A stretch of DNA of 64,000 bases, from IMG/VR virus record IMGVR_UViG_3300032163_000002, positions 32,001 through 96,000 of that record; one strand, written 5' to 3'. A program made the position numbers and the translations under genes. The DNA comes from a virus. The notes under the pieces were generated by a model. That model was not told the DNA's origin. It was given only the letters and a program-made list of their open reading frames with translations, and ran no database searches. This document shows, piece by piece, positions 52,141-59,779 of the stretch; the stretch's first letter is position 1; each line of letters starts with the position of its first letter.

Positions 52141-53109
52141 CTACAAATTGATCTCATTCCGCTTCGCCAGATCGCAGACAATATTCCGCTCGTTCTGCGG
52201 CACGGCAGCGAGGAAGGAAAGCTTCACAGCACGCGAAAGCGAACCAAGAAAAATAGTGGCTTCGATTATGTTGTGAAGCATCCGCGTACTGAATGGAATG
52301 GTGAGTTCCATGCTACCGTCAAATGCCTTCCGATATTGCTGAAGGAAAGAAAAGATAGGCTCGATAGCTTTGAGCGGCAGGTCAAGATATTTTTTCGTGA
52401 TGATCTCACGCTCACGACTGATCTCGTTGTAGCCAACCTCGACGCGGTACGCGAAGCGGTTGAGTGAAGCGAAATTCTGTTGCTGCGTGCCAGCGTACAG
52501 GCCACGCGGGTCCGGGTTCACACCATCCGTGTTCCCCGTCGCCACACAGCGCCACTCTTTATTCGGACGAACGAATTCACTCGTCTCCGGAATATGGAGT
52601 GCGGGTGCATCCGACTCAAGAATCGGGTTAAGGAGCACGGTCGCGGCAGGCGAGCCCGTATCAAATTCGTCCAACAGATAGGTTGCCGGGCGCAAGACAC
52701 TCAGAGCGAGCGATCCGCGCCTGAACTGGAAAATGAGATGCTGCTTGCTTTCATCGGCGACAGCCGTATACGACCCGACGAGTTCGCTTCTAGCAATATG
52801 CTCGTCGAGATTCTGTCTCACGAGTTCTTTCGATCGTCTCGCACAAAACTGCACGACATGCGCCGTCTTGCCAGTGCCCGTATGCCCGTAGAGATACGTG
52901 TGCTTTCCCAGCACCTCTCCGAGAATGAGCGCCTCAAGAACCTGCGGCTGAAACATGAAAGCCGGGTCTACCTTCGGAACAAGTACCCGGTGGGGCTCGT
53001 CTTCGGAATGAGTGTAAACCCACAGCGAGAGATTACGAACCGACGAACTTAGCTCCGTAACCTCCGGAAAGAGTTCCGAGACTTTACGTGCGGTTTTCGT
53101 AATCGCCAT
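52141..53109 (-). CDS. CobS/MoxR-family AAA+ ATPase
   Basis: GHTGTGKT, LLDEFD, ATGNT, Y.GT...N.A.L.RF, FSTR. Confidence 0.93.
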   Translation of the reverse strand: MAITKTARKVSELFPEVTELSSSVRNLSLWVYTHSEDEPHRVLVPKVDPAFMFQPQVLEALILGEVLGKHTYLYGHTGTGKTAHVVQFCARRSKELVRQNLDEHIARSELVGSYTAVADESKQHLIFQFRRGSLALSVLRPATYLLDEFDTGSPAATVLLNPILESDAPALHIPETSEFVRPNKEWRCVATGNTDGVNPDPRGLYAGTQQQNFASLNRFAYRVEVGYNEISREREIITKKYLDLPLKAIEPIFSFLQQYRKAFDGSMELTIPFSTRMLHNIIEATIFLGSLSRAVKLSFLAAVPQNERNIVCDLAKRNEINL

Positions 53110-53133
53110 TTCCCGTTAGCCTCCTGACCCTTA

Positions 53134-53163
53134 TAACTTACACCTGTAAGTTAAAAAAGTCAA
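53134..53163 (-). promoter_or_regulatory. Class B promoter with extended palindrome TAACTTAC-aggt-GTAAGTTA
   Basis: Consensus match; AGGAGG RBS follows. Confidence 0.9.
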
Positions 53164-53172
53164 GGGGTATTT

Positions 53173-54126
53173 TCAGATACGGTATCTATTAGCGTTTTCA
53201 ATGACTTCCGTAATCTCTTCATCAGGGGCCTCACCCGGATCTTTCGACCGAAGAAGGGTCGCAACGTAAACCTCCGGTATATGCGCAACGAGCCGCCCAG
53301 CCAGAAATTTAGCCGCCAGAGACGCATCAGCATCGAGCAGCACTGTCATTTTCGTGATGCCTTTCGCTCTCATCGTGAGCAGCACAGCGATCTGCTGAGC
53401 CGTCGGATTTTTCCCGAGCAGCGCTACGAAATTAGGACCGTGTCGCATGGCATCAAAGACACCTTCGACGACAACGATCTCCGAAAAATACTGCGCCTTG
53501 TCGAGCCCGAAGATATGATTTTTAATGGATTCGACTTCGTTCGAAGAAGACAGGATCTTGAGAAACTGTTCCCCCGTCAGATCCCTTGCGACCCATCCGA
53601 CAAGCCGAGAATCCACTGCGCGAACCGGAACAATCACACGCCCTCTAAGCTGCCCGATAGTAGCGAAGCCAATCTCGTAAGCGTGAGCGGTAATAACAGA
53701 GACCCCACGCGAATCAAGATACGCAAGCGCCTTTTTCCGTGCTTCTTCATAACCGGGAGCTTCAAGCCAAACTGGAAGATACCCTGCCGGAAGCGGCTGA
53801 ATCTTCGGTGTCTTCGCCAGTACAGGCATTGACAGGTGGAGGAGGCTCGCACCAGCCTCCCCTTCACCATCGAAGATCACGTAGTCATGCAGTTTCAGAT
53901 CGGGTCTGCTGGCGAGTGCTTTTCGCGCAAAACGGACAAACCCGCCGTGCTCGTCGCATCGAAAGCAGATCCACATGCCAGTTTTGATGTTGATGTAAGC
54001 GTGCTTTTTCGCTTTTCGGTCATCATGGAAGGGACACGGAACATTAAACTCTTTTCCATTTCCAGATAGGCTAGACCGTCCGGGATAGACATCTCGAATG
54101 AATTCTTTTACGTGAATACTTGACAT
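53173..54126 (-). CDS. DNA primase (CHC2 Zn finger plus TOPRIM)
   Basis: CPFHDD...CFRC; GRVIVP; VVEGVFD; LDADA; KDPG. Confidence 0.93.
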   Translation of the reverse strand: MSSIHVKEFIRDVYPGRSSLSGNGKEFNVPCPFHDDRKAKKHAYINIKTGMWICFRCDEHGGFVRFARKALASRPDLKLHDYVIFDGEGEAGASLLHLSMPVLAKTPKIQPLPAGYLPVWLEAPGYEEARKKALAYLDSRGVSVITAHAYEIGFATIGQLRGRVIVPVRAVDSRLVGWVARDLTGEQFLKILSSSNEVESIKNHIFGLDKAQYFSEIVVVEGVFDAMRHGPNFVALLGKNPTAQQIAVLLTMRAKGITKMTVLLDADASLAAKFLAGRLVAHIPEVYVATLLRSKDPGEAPDEEITEVIENANRYRI

Positions 54127-54129
54127 TTT

Positions 54130-55518
54130 CTATGTTCCTGTTGAGGGTAATGTTTCAATTTCTTCTTCGAGTGTACCAATCTTGTTTAGAATTTCAGGAG
54201 CACTGACTTCACGAGTAGAAAAGATTCCGGGTTTTGCAAACACACAAATGGAGTAATCTTGATCAAAAGAAATTTCTTGATATGGTTTTCCAGAACGGTT
54301 TTTTGCGACGAAGATTCTAGCTTTATTTTGCTGGGATTCTTCAAGTGTTTGACAGATACCAAAAATGTGATCAGAAATCCAAGCTTTACTGATGTCTTCT
54401 GAAATATCTGCAAGCCCAACAATCTTTTTACCGATGGCGTCACGTTTGGCCTGAGTTGCGGTAATAACGGATATTTTATGATCTTTTGCAATTTTGTGTA
54501 GCATGGTATAGATTGAGTTTAATTCAAAACGACGGTCTTTGTAAGTATGTGAAGGTTTCATCAGATCCGCGTAATCGACTATGACGGTATCCGGAGCAAA
54601 CCCCGAATCCTGCTTCAATGTGTCGATCAGGCCAGAAAGCTGTTCAGGTGTCAAGGTCATTTCAGAATAGCCAACAATCCTGAGGGCATCTCCATATTTT
54701 GAAAATTGCGTTTGCATCCGTCGCTGCACTTCTCCTGTCATGTCTGTGAGTCGGTCGAATGGAATACCAGAAAAAGAGGAATCGAAACGGTCAGATACGG
54801 CATCCGGTTCTAATTCAAGGGTCACATAAAGAGCCTTAAAACCATAAAGTACAGCCTGCCGCGAGCAATGAACTAAAGCCTGCGATTTTCCTATTCCTGT
54901 TGCTCCAACAAAAACAGTCAACGTACTTGGGCTTATCCCCCCTCGGAGATAACTGTCAAGATTTCCTATCGCACAAGGTATACGCCGGTTGTAGATACTC
55001 GTTAAATCAAGACGCCGATCTGAACGCTTTTCCACAACTTCAGGAAGAAAGAAATCTACAGTACCAAAATCCCGGTCCACAGCAACCATGTTCGCTGCGG
55101 TGATCTCCTTTAGAATATCATCAAAATTGTTTCGTTCGAGGGCTTTTTCTGACTCGGCCAATGCATCCGAAAATGCTCGATGCCGAATATAGACCCGCAA
55201 ATGATCCACATAAAACGGTAAATCTACAAGCGGAGCATCCAGAAGATCCTCGAAGGTTTTCGCATATACGTTCCGTTGTTCTTCTGTGAGCGCAGGATCG
55301 GTAGCGAAGAAATCTACCATGACTTCGAAGCTCGGTGCATGCCCGTAAGTCTTAACATATTCAGCTATGAAATTTGCAATCGCGTTATAATAAGTATCCG
55401 ACCAGAAATCCGGCGTCAGAAGAGGCCAGAATTTCCGATAGAATCCTTCGTCAAAAAATACAGCCGCCAACAAGACACGAAGTGCCTGTGGGCTAAGCTC
55501 GACAAACGTAGCGGGCAT
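54130..55518 (-). CDS. DnaB-family replicative helicase
   Basis: GATGIGKS, TLEL, IVDYADL, TATQ, AKNR.G. Confidence 0.94.
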   Translation of the reverse strand: MPATFVELSPQALRVLLAAVFFDEGFYRKFWPLLTPDFWSDTYYNAIANFIAEYVKTYGHAPSFEVMVDFFATDPALTEEQRNVYAKTFEDLLDAPLVDLPFYVDHLRVYIRHRAFSDALAESEKALERNNFDDILKEITAANMVAVDRDFGTVDFFLPEVVEKRSDRRLDLTSIYNRRIPCAIGNLDSYLRGGISPSTLTVFVGATGIGKSQALVHCSRQAVLYGFKALYVTLELEPDAVSDRFDSSFSGIPFDRLTDMTGEVQRRMQTQFSKYGDALRIVGYSEMTLTPEQLSGLIDTLKQDSGFAPDTVIVDYADLMKPSHTYKDRRFELNSIYTMLHKIAKDHKISVITATQAKRDAIGKKIVGLADISEDISKAWISDHIFGICQTLEESQQNKARIFVAKNRSGKPYQEISFDQDYSICVFAKPGIFSTREVSAPEILNKIGTLEEEIETLPSTGT

Positions 55519-55892
55519 TAGCCGCCAAGCTCTAGTACCGGGATTCCTTTCGTTCGAGCACGTTCCACCATATCCGCTGTACCTCTACCCCCCGGAAAAG
55601 CCAGCAAAACATCTGGATGCCAGTGTTCGAGAAGTCGCTCATTACGAAGTGGTCCAGCCGCTTTTCCTTCAGTTTTCCAGTCTGCATTTTCAACCGCTAC
55701 GCTAAACCCAAAAAATCGTTTTGCTAAAAATTCAGCTAATGCGTCCGCTCCTTGCGCTCCACCAGTTACAACTGTCACCTTGGGGACGTAAGAATAACGG
55801 TCCAATGCATTGAAAACACCGTCTTCATTGTTGTAATTACGCCCACCACAAACAGCGACAACCAAACCACGGCCATTCAAGCGTCCGTCCAT
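55518..55892 (-). CDS. SLOG-superfamily (YspA/DUF2493-like) protein
   Basis: VCGGRNY, GGAQGADALA, ADW...G.AAGP.RN, AFPGG.GTADMV. Confidence 0.9.
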   Translation of the reverse strand: MDGRLNGRGLVVAVCGGRNYNNEDGVFNALDRYSYVPKVTVVTGGAQGADALAEFLAKRFFGFSVAVENADWKTEGKAAGPLRNERLLEHWHPDVLLAFPGGRGTADMVERARTKGIPVLELGG

Positions 55893-55908
55893 TTTATTCC
55901 TCTTTCAG

Positions 55909-56601
55909 TTATTGAAGGTAATCGGCTAAGACGGCAGACATTGCCGGATCACTGCTAAGCGTCGGGGCTAACTGCCTGAACTCCGGAAGAGACCAGACAT
56001 AGTCACGAGGAAGAAGCCTGACTAAGAACGGATCTAAAAGAACATCCGATATCGTCTTCATATCTACACGCGATACCATGATGTTTTTGAGCGTAGCCTC
56101 ACCAGATTTCAAAATATTCTCCGGACACCGCGCGCCCTGAGACATTTGCACCCGACGGAGCCACGCTTTATACCGAGATACGCACCCAGCGTTGACACCT
56201 AAATACCGCCACGTCGGATAAGTCGTGGCGTAAGGTGTTGGCTTAACCCACTCGACAAATTGTGCTTGTAGAAAATGAAAAACGCTAATGTGCTTTTCCC
56301 CGCAGAACCGAAGAATAGCACAAATCGGTTTCCAAAGCTTTAGATTTTCAGCATGAATTCCATTACGCAACACACCCCGGTAATAAGTCGTAACAGAATG
56401 TTGTTGCACAAGTTTTTCATAAAATTGAAGGGCTTGAATAACCTGCATCCGGTTGAGACCTTCCGGATTTCGTAAATGAACCGAGGTCTCATACGCTAGT
56501 TTTCTCCGCTTTATTGTTGGGCCAGAGGAATTCTTGGTCTTCCCCGTCGTCATCATCGTATTGCTCCAACGATGCCGTAACAGGTTGCTGCTGTGCGACA
56601 C
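55909..56601 (-). CDS. Hypothetical replication-module protein
   Basis: 230-aa ORF between the SF2 helicase and DnaB; start codon uncertain. Confidence 0.7.
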   Translation of the reverse strand: MSHSSNLLRHRWSNTMMTTGKTKNSSGPTIKRRKLAYETSVHLRNPEGLNRMQVIQALQFYEKLVQQHSVTTYYRGVLRNGIHAENLKLWKPICAILRFCGEKHISVFHFLQAQFVEWVKPTPYATTYPTWRYLGVNAGCVSRYKAWLRRVQMSQGARCPENILKSGEATLKNIMVSRVDMKTISDVLLDPFLVRLLPRDYVWSLPEFRQLAPTLSSDPAMSAVLADYLQ

Positions 56602-58093
56602 CGCTCTCGTACACGGAAATGGTTGAGAAAATCTTCTCGTCTTCGTAAACCTTCAATCGCGCCTTGAAATGTTTGAGCAAATAAGGATTCGTCAAATCAA
56701 GAAAATCTATGACCTCAAGCGAATGCCCTCCTTCCTTGATACGAAGTCCGCGCCCGATCCGCTGCATCACCCGCACAAAGCTTTTTGTTGGAGCCGCAAG
56801 AATGACCACATCAAGATCAGGAACATCGGTGCCTTCATCAAAAATAACCGTGGAGACAAGAATTGAAAGCGCCCCGCTTCGAAGATCAGCTACGGCCTTG
56901 TTGACAATACTCCGGTAAGACACGGAAGCCATATCTTTTCGTGCAATGAAAATGGCAGGGGGGAGAGTCGGATCACCTTTTTTCAAAGCTACATATTCAG
57001 CTTCAAGATTCCGAACCAATTTAACGCTAAAGCCCCCGACGACCAGAACCCGCTTTCCAGTCTTCGCCCGCTCCACAGCAAGCTCCATGATCCTTCGGGA
57101 CCGGCCTTCATTGCCAATGATCAGGTAGTTCAGGGCCTCCCGCCAGTTGTAATGACTGCACCCTGCGGGCTCTGAGACCTCGTAGACGATCAACCCAGCC
57201 TGTGCCAGCTTACCTTGCCTCTGAAGCCGTTCAGGCGGAACATCGACCAACAGGGGGCCTGTGCAGCCCATCAGGACCAGATCCGTCTCCTCATCCTTCG
57301 TGAAGGGGGTGCCGGACATGCCGACTCTAACCTGAGCCGGACAAGCGTCGAGAATCGCCCTGAAGGTGCGATCACCCTTTCCAACCCGATGGGCTTCGTC
57401 AGCTATCACAACGCGACTCTCCCGTAGAAGAGACAAAACGTAGGGGTCTCTAACGTAGAGCCGGGAAGCCAGCGTGTCAATGCTCCCGATGAGAAACTTC
57501 CCCGGTTTGTTGGTCTCGGCCATGATGATGCCAACACGCTCAGATCCGAGAAACTCGCAGAATCGTTCGTAGGTTTGGTCCACAAGCTGTTGTCCATGAA
57601 CGAGTACAAGGGTCGGGACATCGAAAGCATGAGCTATCATCGCTCCCACAAGGGTCTTACCGCCCCCGGTCGCAATCCGAAGAACGCCACGCTGATCACC
57701 GGGGTAGTTGGCCCGGAGAACCCTCTTGACAGCGTCTACCTGATAGTCCCACGGAGTCAGTGACCCGAACGGCCCGGTAATGGGGTTGACGACGGGTAAG
57801 AACTCAAAACCTTCCGGCATGAAAAGTTCGACCGGAAATCCTGCTTTCGTGAGAGCTTCCGTAACTAAAGACAAAACACCTGAAGGAAATGCCCCTCCTG
57901 TACTTAACAGATGAAGCTTTCCATCCCAACGTTTCTGCTTATAAGCTGTTGTCCAGAAATAACCTTTCTTGTAGCAGGAGGTTACTTCGTCAACAATATT
58001 ACGGGGATATCGGCTTAGAAACCTCGCGCGCTGCGCCCCAACCAGAATGTTCATTTTTGTTCCAAGCGGAAGAGGAAGCTGCACAGCAGGCAT
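56489..58093 (-). CDS. SF2 DExH helicase (UvsW-like), leaderless
   Basis: WDG...L, DYQ, ATGGGKT, DEAH, SGTP, EG.D.P, Q.IGRGLR. Confidence 0.95.
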   Translation of the reverse strand: MPAVQLPLPLGTKMNILVGAQRARFLSRYPRNIVDEVTSCYKKGYFWTTAYKQKRWDGKLHLLSTGGAFPSGVLSLVTEALTKAGFPVELFMPEGFEFLPVVNPITGPFGSLTPWDYQVDAVKRVLRANYPGDQRGVLRIATGGGKTLVGAMIAHAFDVPTLVLVHGQQLVDQTYERFCEFLGSERVGIIMAETNKPGKFLIGSIDTLASRLYVRDPYVLSLLRESRVVIADEAHRVGKGDRTFRAILDACPAQVRVGMSGTPFTKDEETDLVLMGCTGPLLVDVPPERLQRQGKLAQAGLIVYEVSEPAGCSHYNWREALNYLIIGNEGRSRRIMELAVERAKTGKRVLVVGGFSVKLVRNLEAEYVALKKGDPTLPPAIFIARKDMASVSYRSIVNKAVADLRSGALSILVSTVIFDEGTDVPDLDVVILAAPTKSFVRVMQRIGRGLRIKEGGHSLEVIDFLDLTNPYLLKHFKARLKVYEDEKIFSTISVYESGVAQQQPVTASLEQYDDDDGEDQEFLWPNNKAEKTSV

Positions 58094-58099
58094 GGTTAA

Positions 58100-58128
58100 A
58101 ACTTACACCCGTAAGAGAAAAAAGTCAA
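58100..58128 (-). promoter_or_regulatory. Class B promoter TTGACT-17-TAAGTT with CTTAC-gggt-GTAAG
   Basis: Consensus match; 6 nt separate the -10 box from ATG 58093. Confidence 0.9.
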
Positions 58129-58137
58129 GAGATACCC

Positions 58138-58166
58138 TTGACAGTCAAACGTATTGAACCTAAGTT
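58138..58166 (+). promoter_or_regulatory. Divergent plus-strand promoter TTGACA-17-TAAGTT, lacking the palindrome
   Basis: Perfect -35, 17-bp spacer, same -10 as class B. Confidence 0.8.
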
Positions 58167-58171
58167 ACAGG

Positions 58172-58245
58172 CTGCTGCTGTGCTCGCTGGGCCGAACACC
58201 CTGCGCGTACGTTTCGCCCCCGGTGTCCACCGGGGGCGTTCTTTT
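58172..58245 (+). ncRNA. Candidate ~70-nt small RNA
   Basis: Bounded by the plus-strand promoter and a plus-oriented terminator; no ORF contained within it. Confidence 0.7.
58215..58245 (+). terminator. Strong intrinsic terminator
   Basis: cgcccccggtg/caccgggggcg inverted repeat followed by ttctttt only on the plus strand. Confidence 0.85.
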
Positions 58246-58249
58246 CTCC

Positions 58250-59238
58250 TCATGCCGTCTCCGACGACGAAACCACAGCTTCATCCAGAATCACTTCAAT
58301 TCCATAAACCTTACGAAAAAATTTCTCTATGTAAATCGAGTAAGGTAATCCAGATTCAAGAACGGCTCCAGCAGCATCCTGTGTCAGTAAAAGCTTTCCA
58401 TCATCACGCTGAAGAAGCTCGAAAAGGTTCAAGTCTTCGATATAAACAAGAAAGCTGGGGTGCTTTCCCTGTGTATGGACGATCCCTTCATTCATTTCCT
58501 TTGCAGCTTCTACCCGTTCCTCCACTGTTTTCATTTTTCGAATCTCAGCTAATGCTTTGTCATGTTCAGCATAACCGTCAGCATATACGGAATGCATTTC
58601 CCGACTAAGGACATTCGTTGCGTAAAGTGCTCCGAACATGCCTTCACTTCGATGCGACAGAACTTTTACGAGTCCAAGCACTTTTTCCATCTGCTCTACA
58701 ATGAGTTTCTGGTTAGCCTCAACTCTGGCAAGCCGTTTTTCAAATTCCTCTTTACGCTTTTCAGATTCCTCTTTTTCATCAGTAATAAGTTCGCGCTTAC
58801 GAATCGGCACTAAGCACCTCCATAAATAATTCCAACTTCACGTTCAGCCAATGTTCGCCATTTTCGAGCATCATTAGAATCAAAAGAGTTCAAACACTTA
58901 ATACGATTATGTTCCAACCCATAATTATACCAGTCAGACACCCTTTCCTCTTGTTTACACAAAATAACCCACGGTAGAGAATGAGAATAAGGTAATGCAG
59001 AAGACGCAAATCGAGTCAAGAACTGCTTCCGACTTTGCTTAAAAAACTTTCCCCCCTCTGGAAATACAACAGGCGGGCTACCCTCAACCGTAATAACAAA
59101 TTGATCATCCACATAAACCACAAACAACCAAAATGAATACATCTCGTGAAAACTATCACCGACTTTCGGGTTTTGCAGCGCATCAAGCGTCAACGTGATA
59201 AGTTCGTTCCAAGATATTTCTTTACCCTCTAATTCCAT
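58250..59238 (-). other. Two hypothetical genes (58250..58810, 58810..59238)
   Basis: Coupled ORFs. Confidence 0.7.
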
Positions 59239-59283
59239 GACGTTATCATTCCTCCCACACTAAACCTGTAAGAGATAATCCTT

Positions 59284-59772
59284 TCACGAGCTATCTTTGT
59301 TAAGCGCCTTGAATCGTGTCAGCGTCTTTAATTTATGCTGTATCGGGCGTAACCCCTCACGAAGACGACGCCGATTGATCGCAGCACAAATTGACAAGTA
59401 ATTTGCTGTGTGACAAGACTCACACCGACAACCTCGTTGATACCGCGCGCAAGTCCCATGCTGAGACAGTGCCCGTTTTATTCCAGCTTCTGTTACACGC
59501 AACCGACTAACATGAGCAATACGTCTGACTGCTACTCCAGTTATAGGCTCATTTTTTTCACGCAACAATTTCATGGCATTTTCAAAGCGCTTGTTTCGAG
59601 CATATTGAGAAGCATGAAAGCGAGCAAGAACAGCCTGCTCCTCCTGTCCAGCCCGTGTAACGATTTGTCGAACCCGCTCACGACTTATTTCAAATTGACG
59701 GCCTATCGCAGAAAGCGGTGCGCCTTTCAAAGCCAATTCAATAATCAGCATTTCACGAGTCTTGTTAACCAT
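59284..59772 (-). CDS. Sigma70 region-4-type HTH protein with C-terminal HG...Y..GCRC..C Zn motif
   Basis: LSAIGRQFEISRERVRQI. Confidence 0.8.
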   Translation of the reverse strand: MVNKTREMLIIELALKGAPLSAIGRQFEISRERVRQIVTRAGQEEQAVLARFHASQYARNKRFENAMKLLREKNEPITGVAVRRIAHVSRLRVTEAGIKRALSQHGTCARYQRGCRCESCHTANYLSICAAINRRRLREGLRPIQHKLKTLTRFKALNKDSS

Positions 59773-59779
59773 ACTTCAT

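Noticed and set aside
49924-53109. Cobalamin biosynthesis (cobST) auxiliary metabolism
   Set aside because: No cobN or other cob genes; the context is the replication operon
38688-58093. Inteins or introns in replication genes, or stop-codon recoding
   Set aside because: Core genes are uninterrupted and of normal length in the standard code, and TAA, TAG and TGA all end genes at coupled junctions
1633-58128. Dispersed ~30-bp repeats as a CRISPR array or att sites
   Set aside because: They lie kilobases apart, always upstream of genes with -35/-10 geometry; there are no spacers, cas genes or integrase
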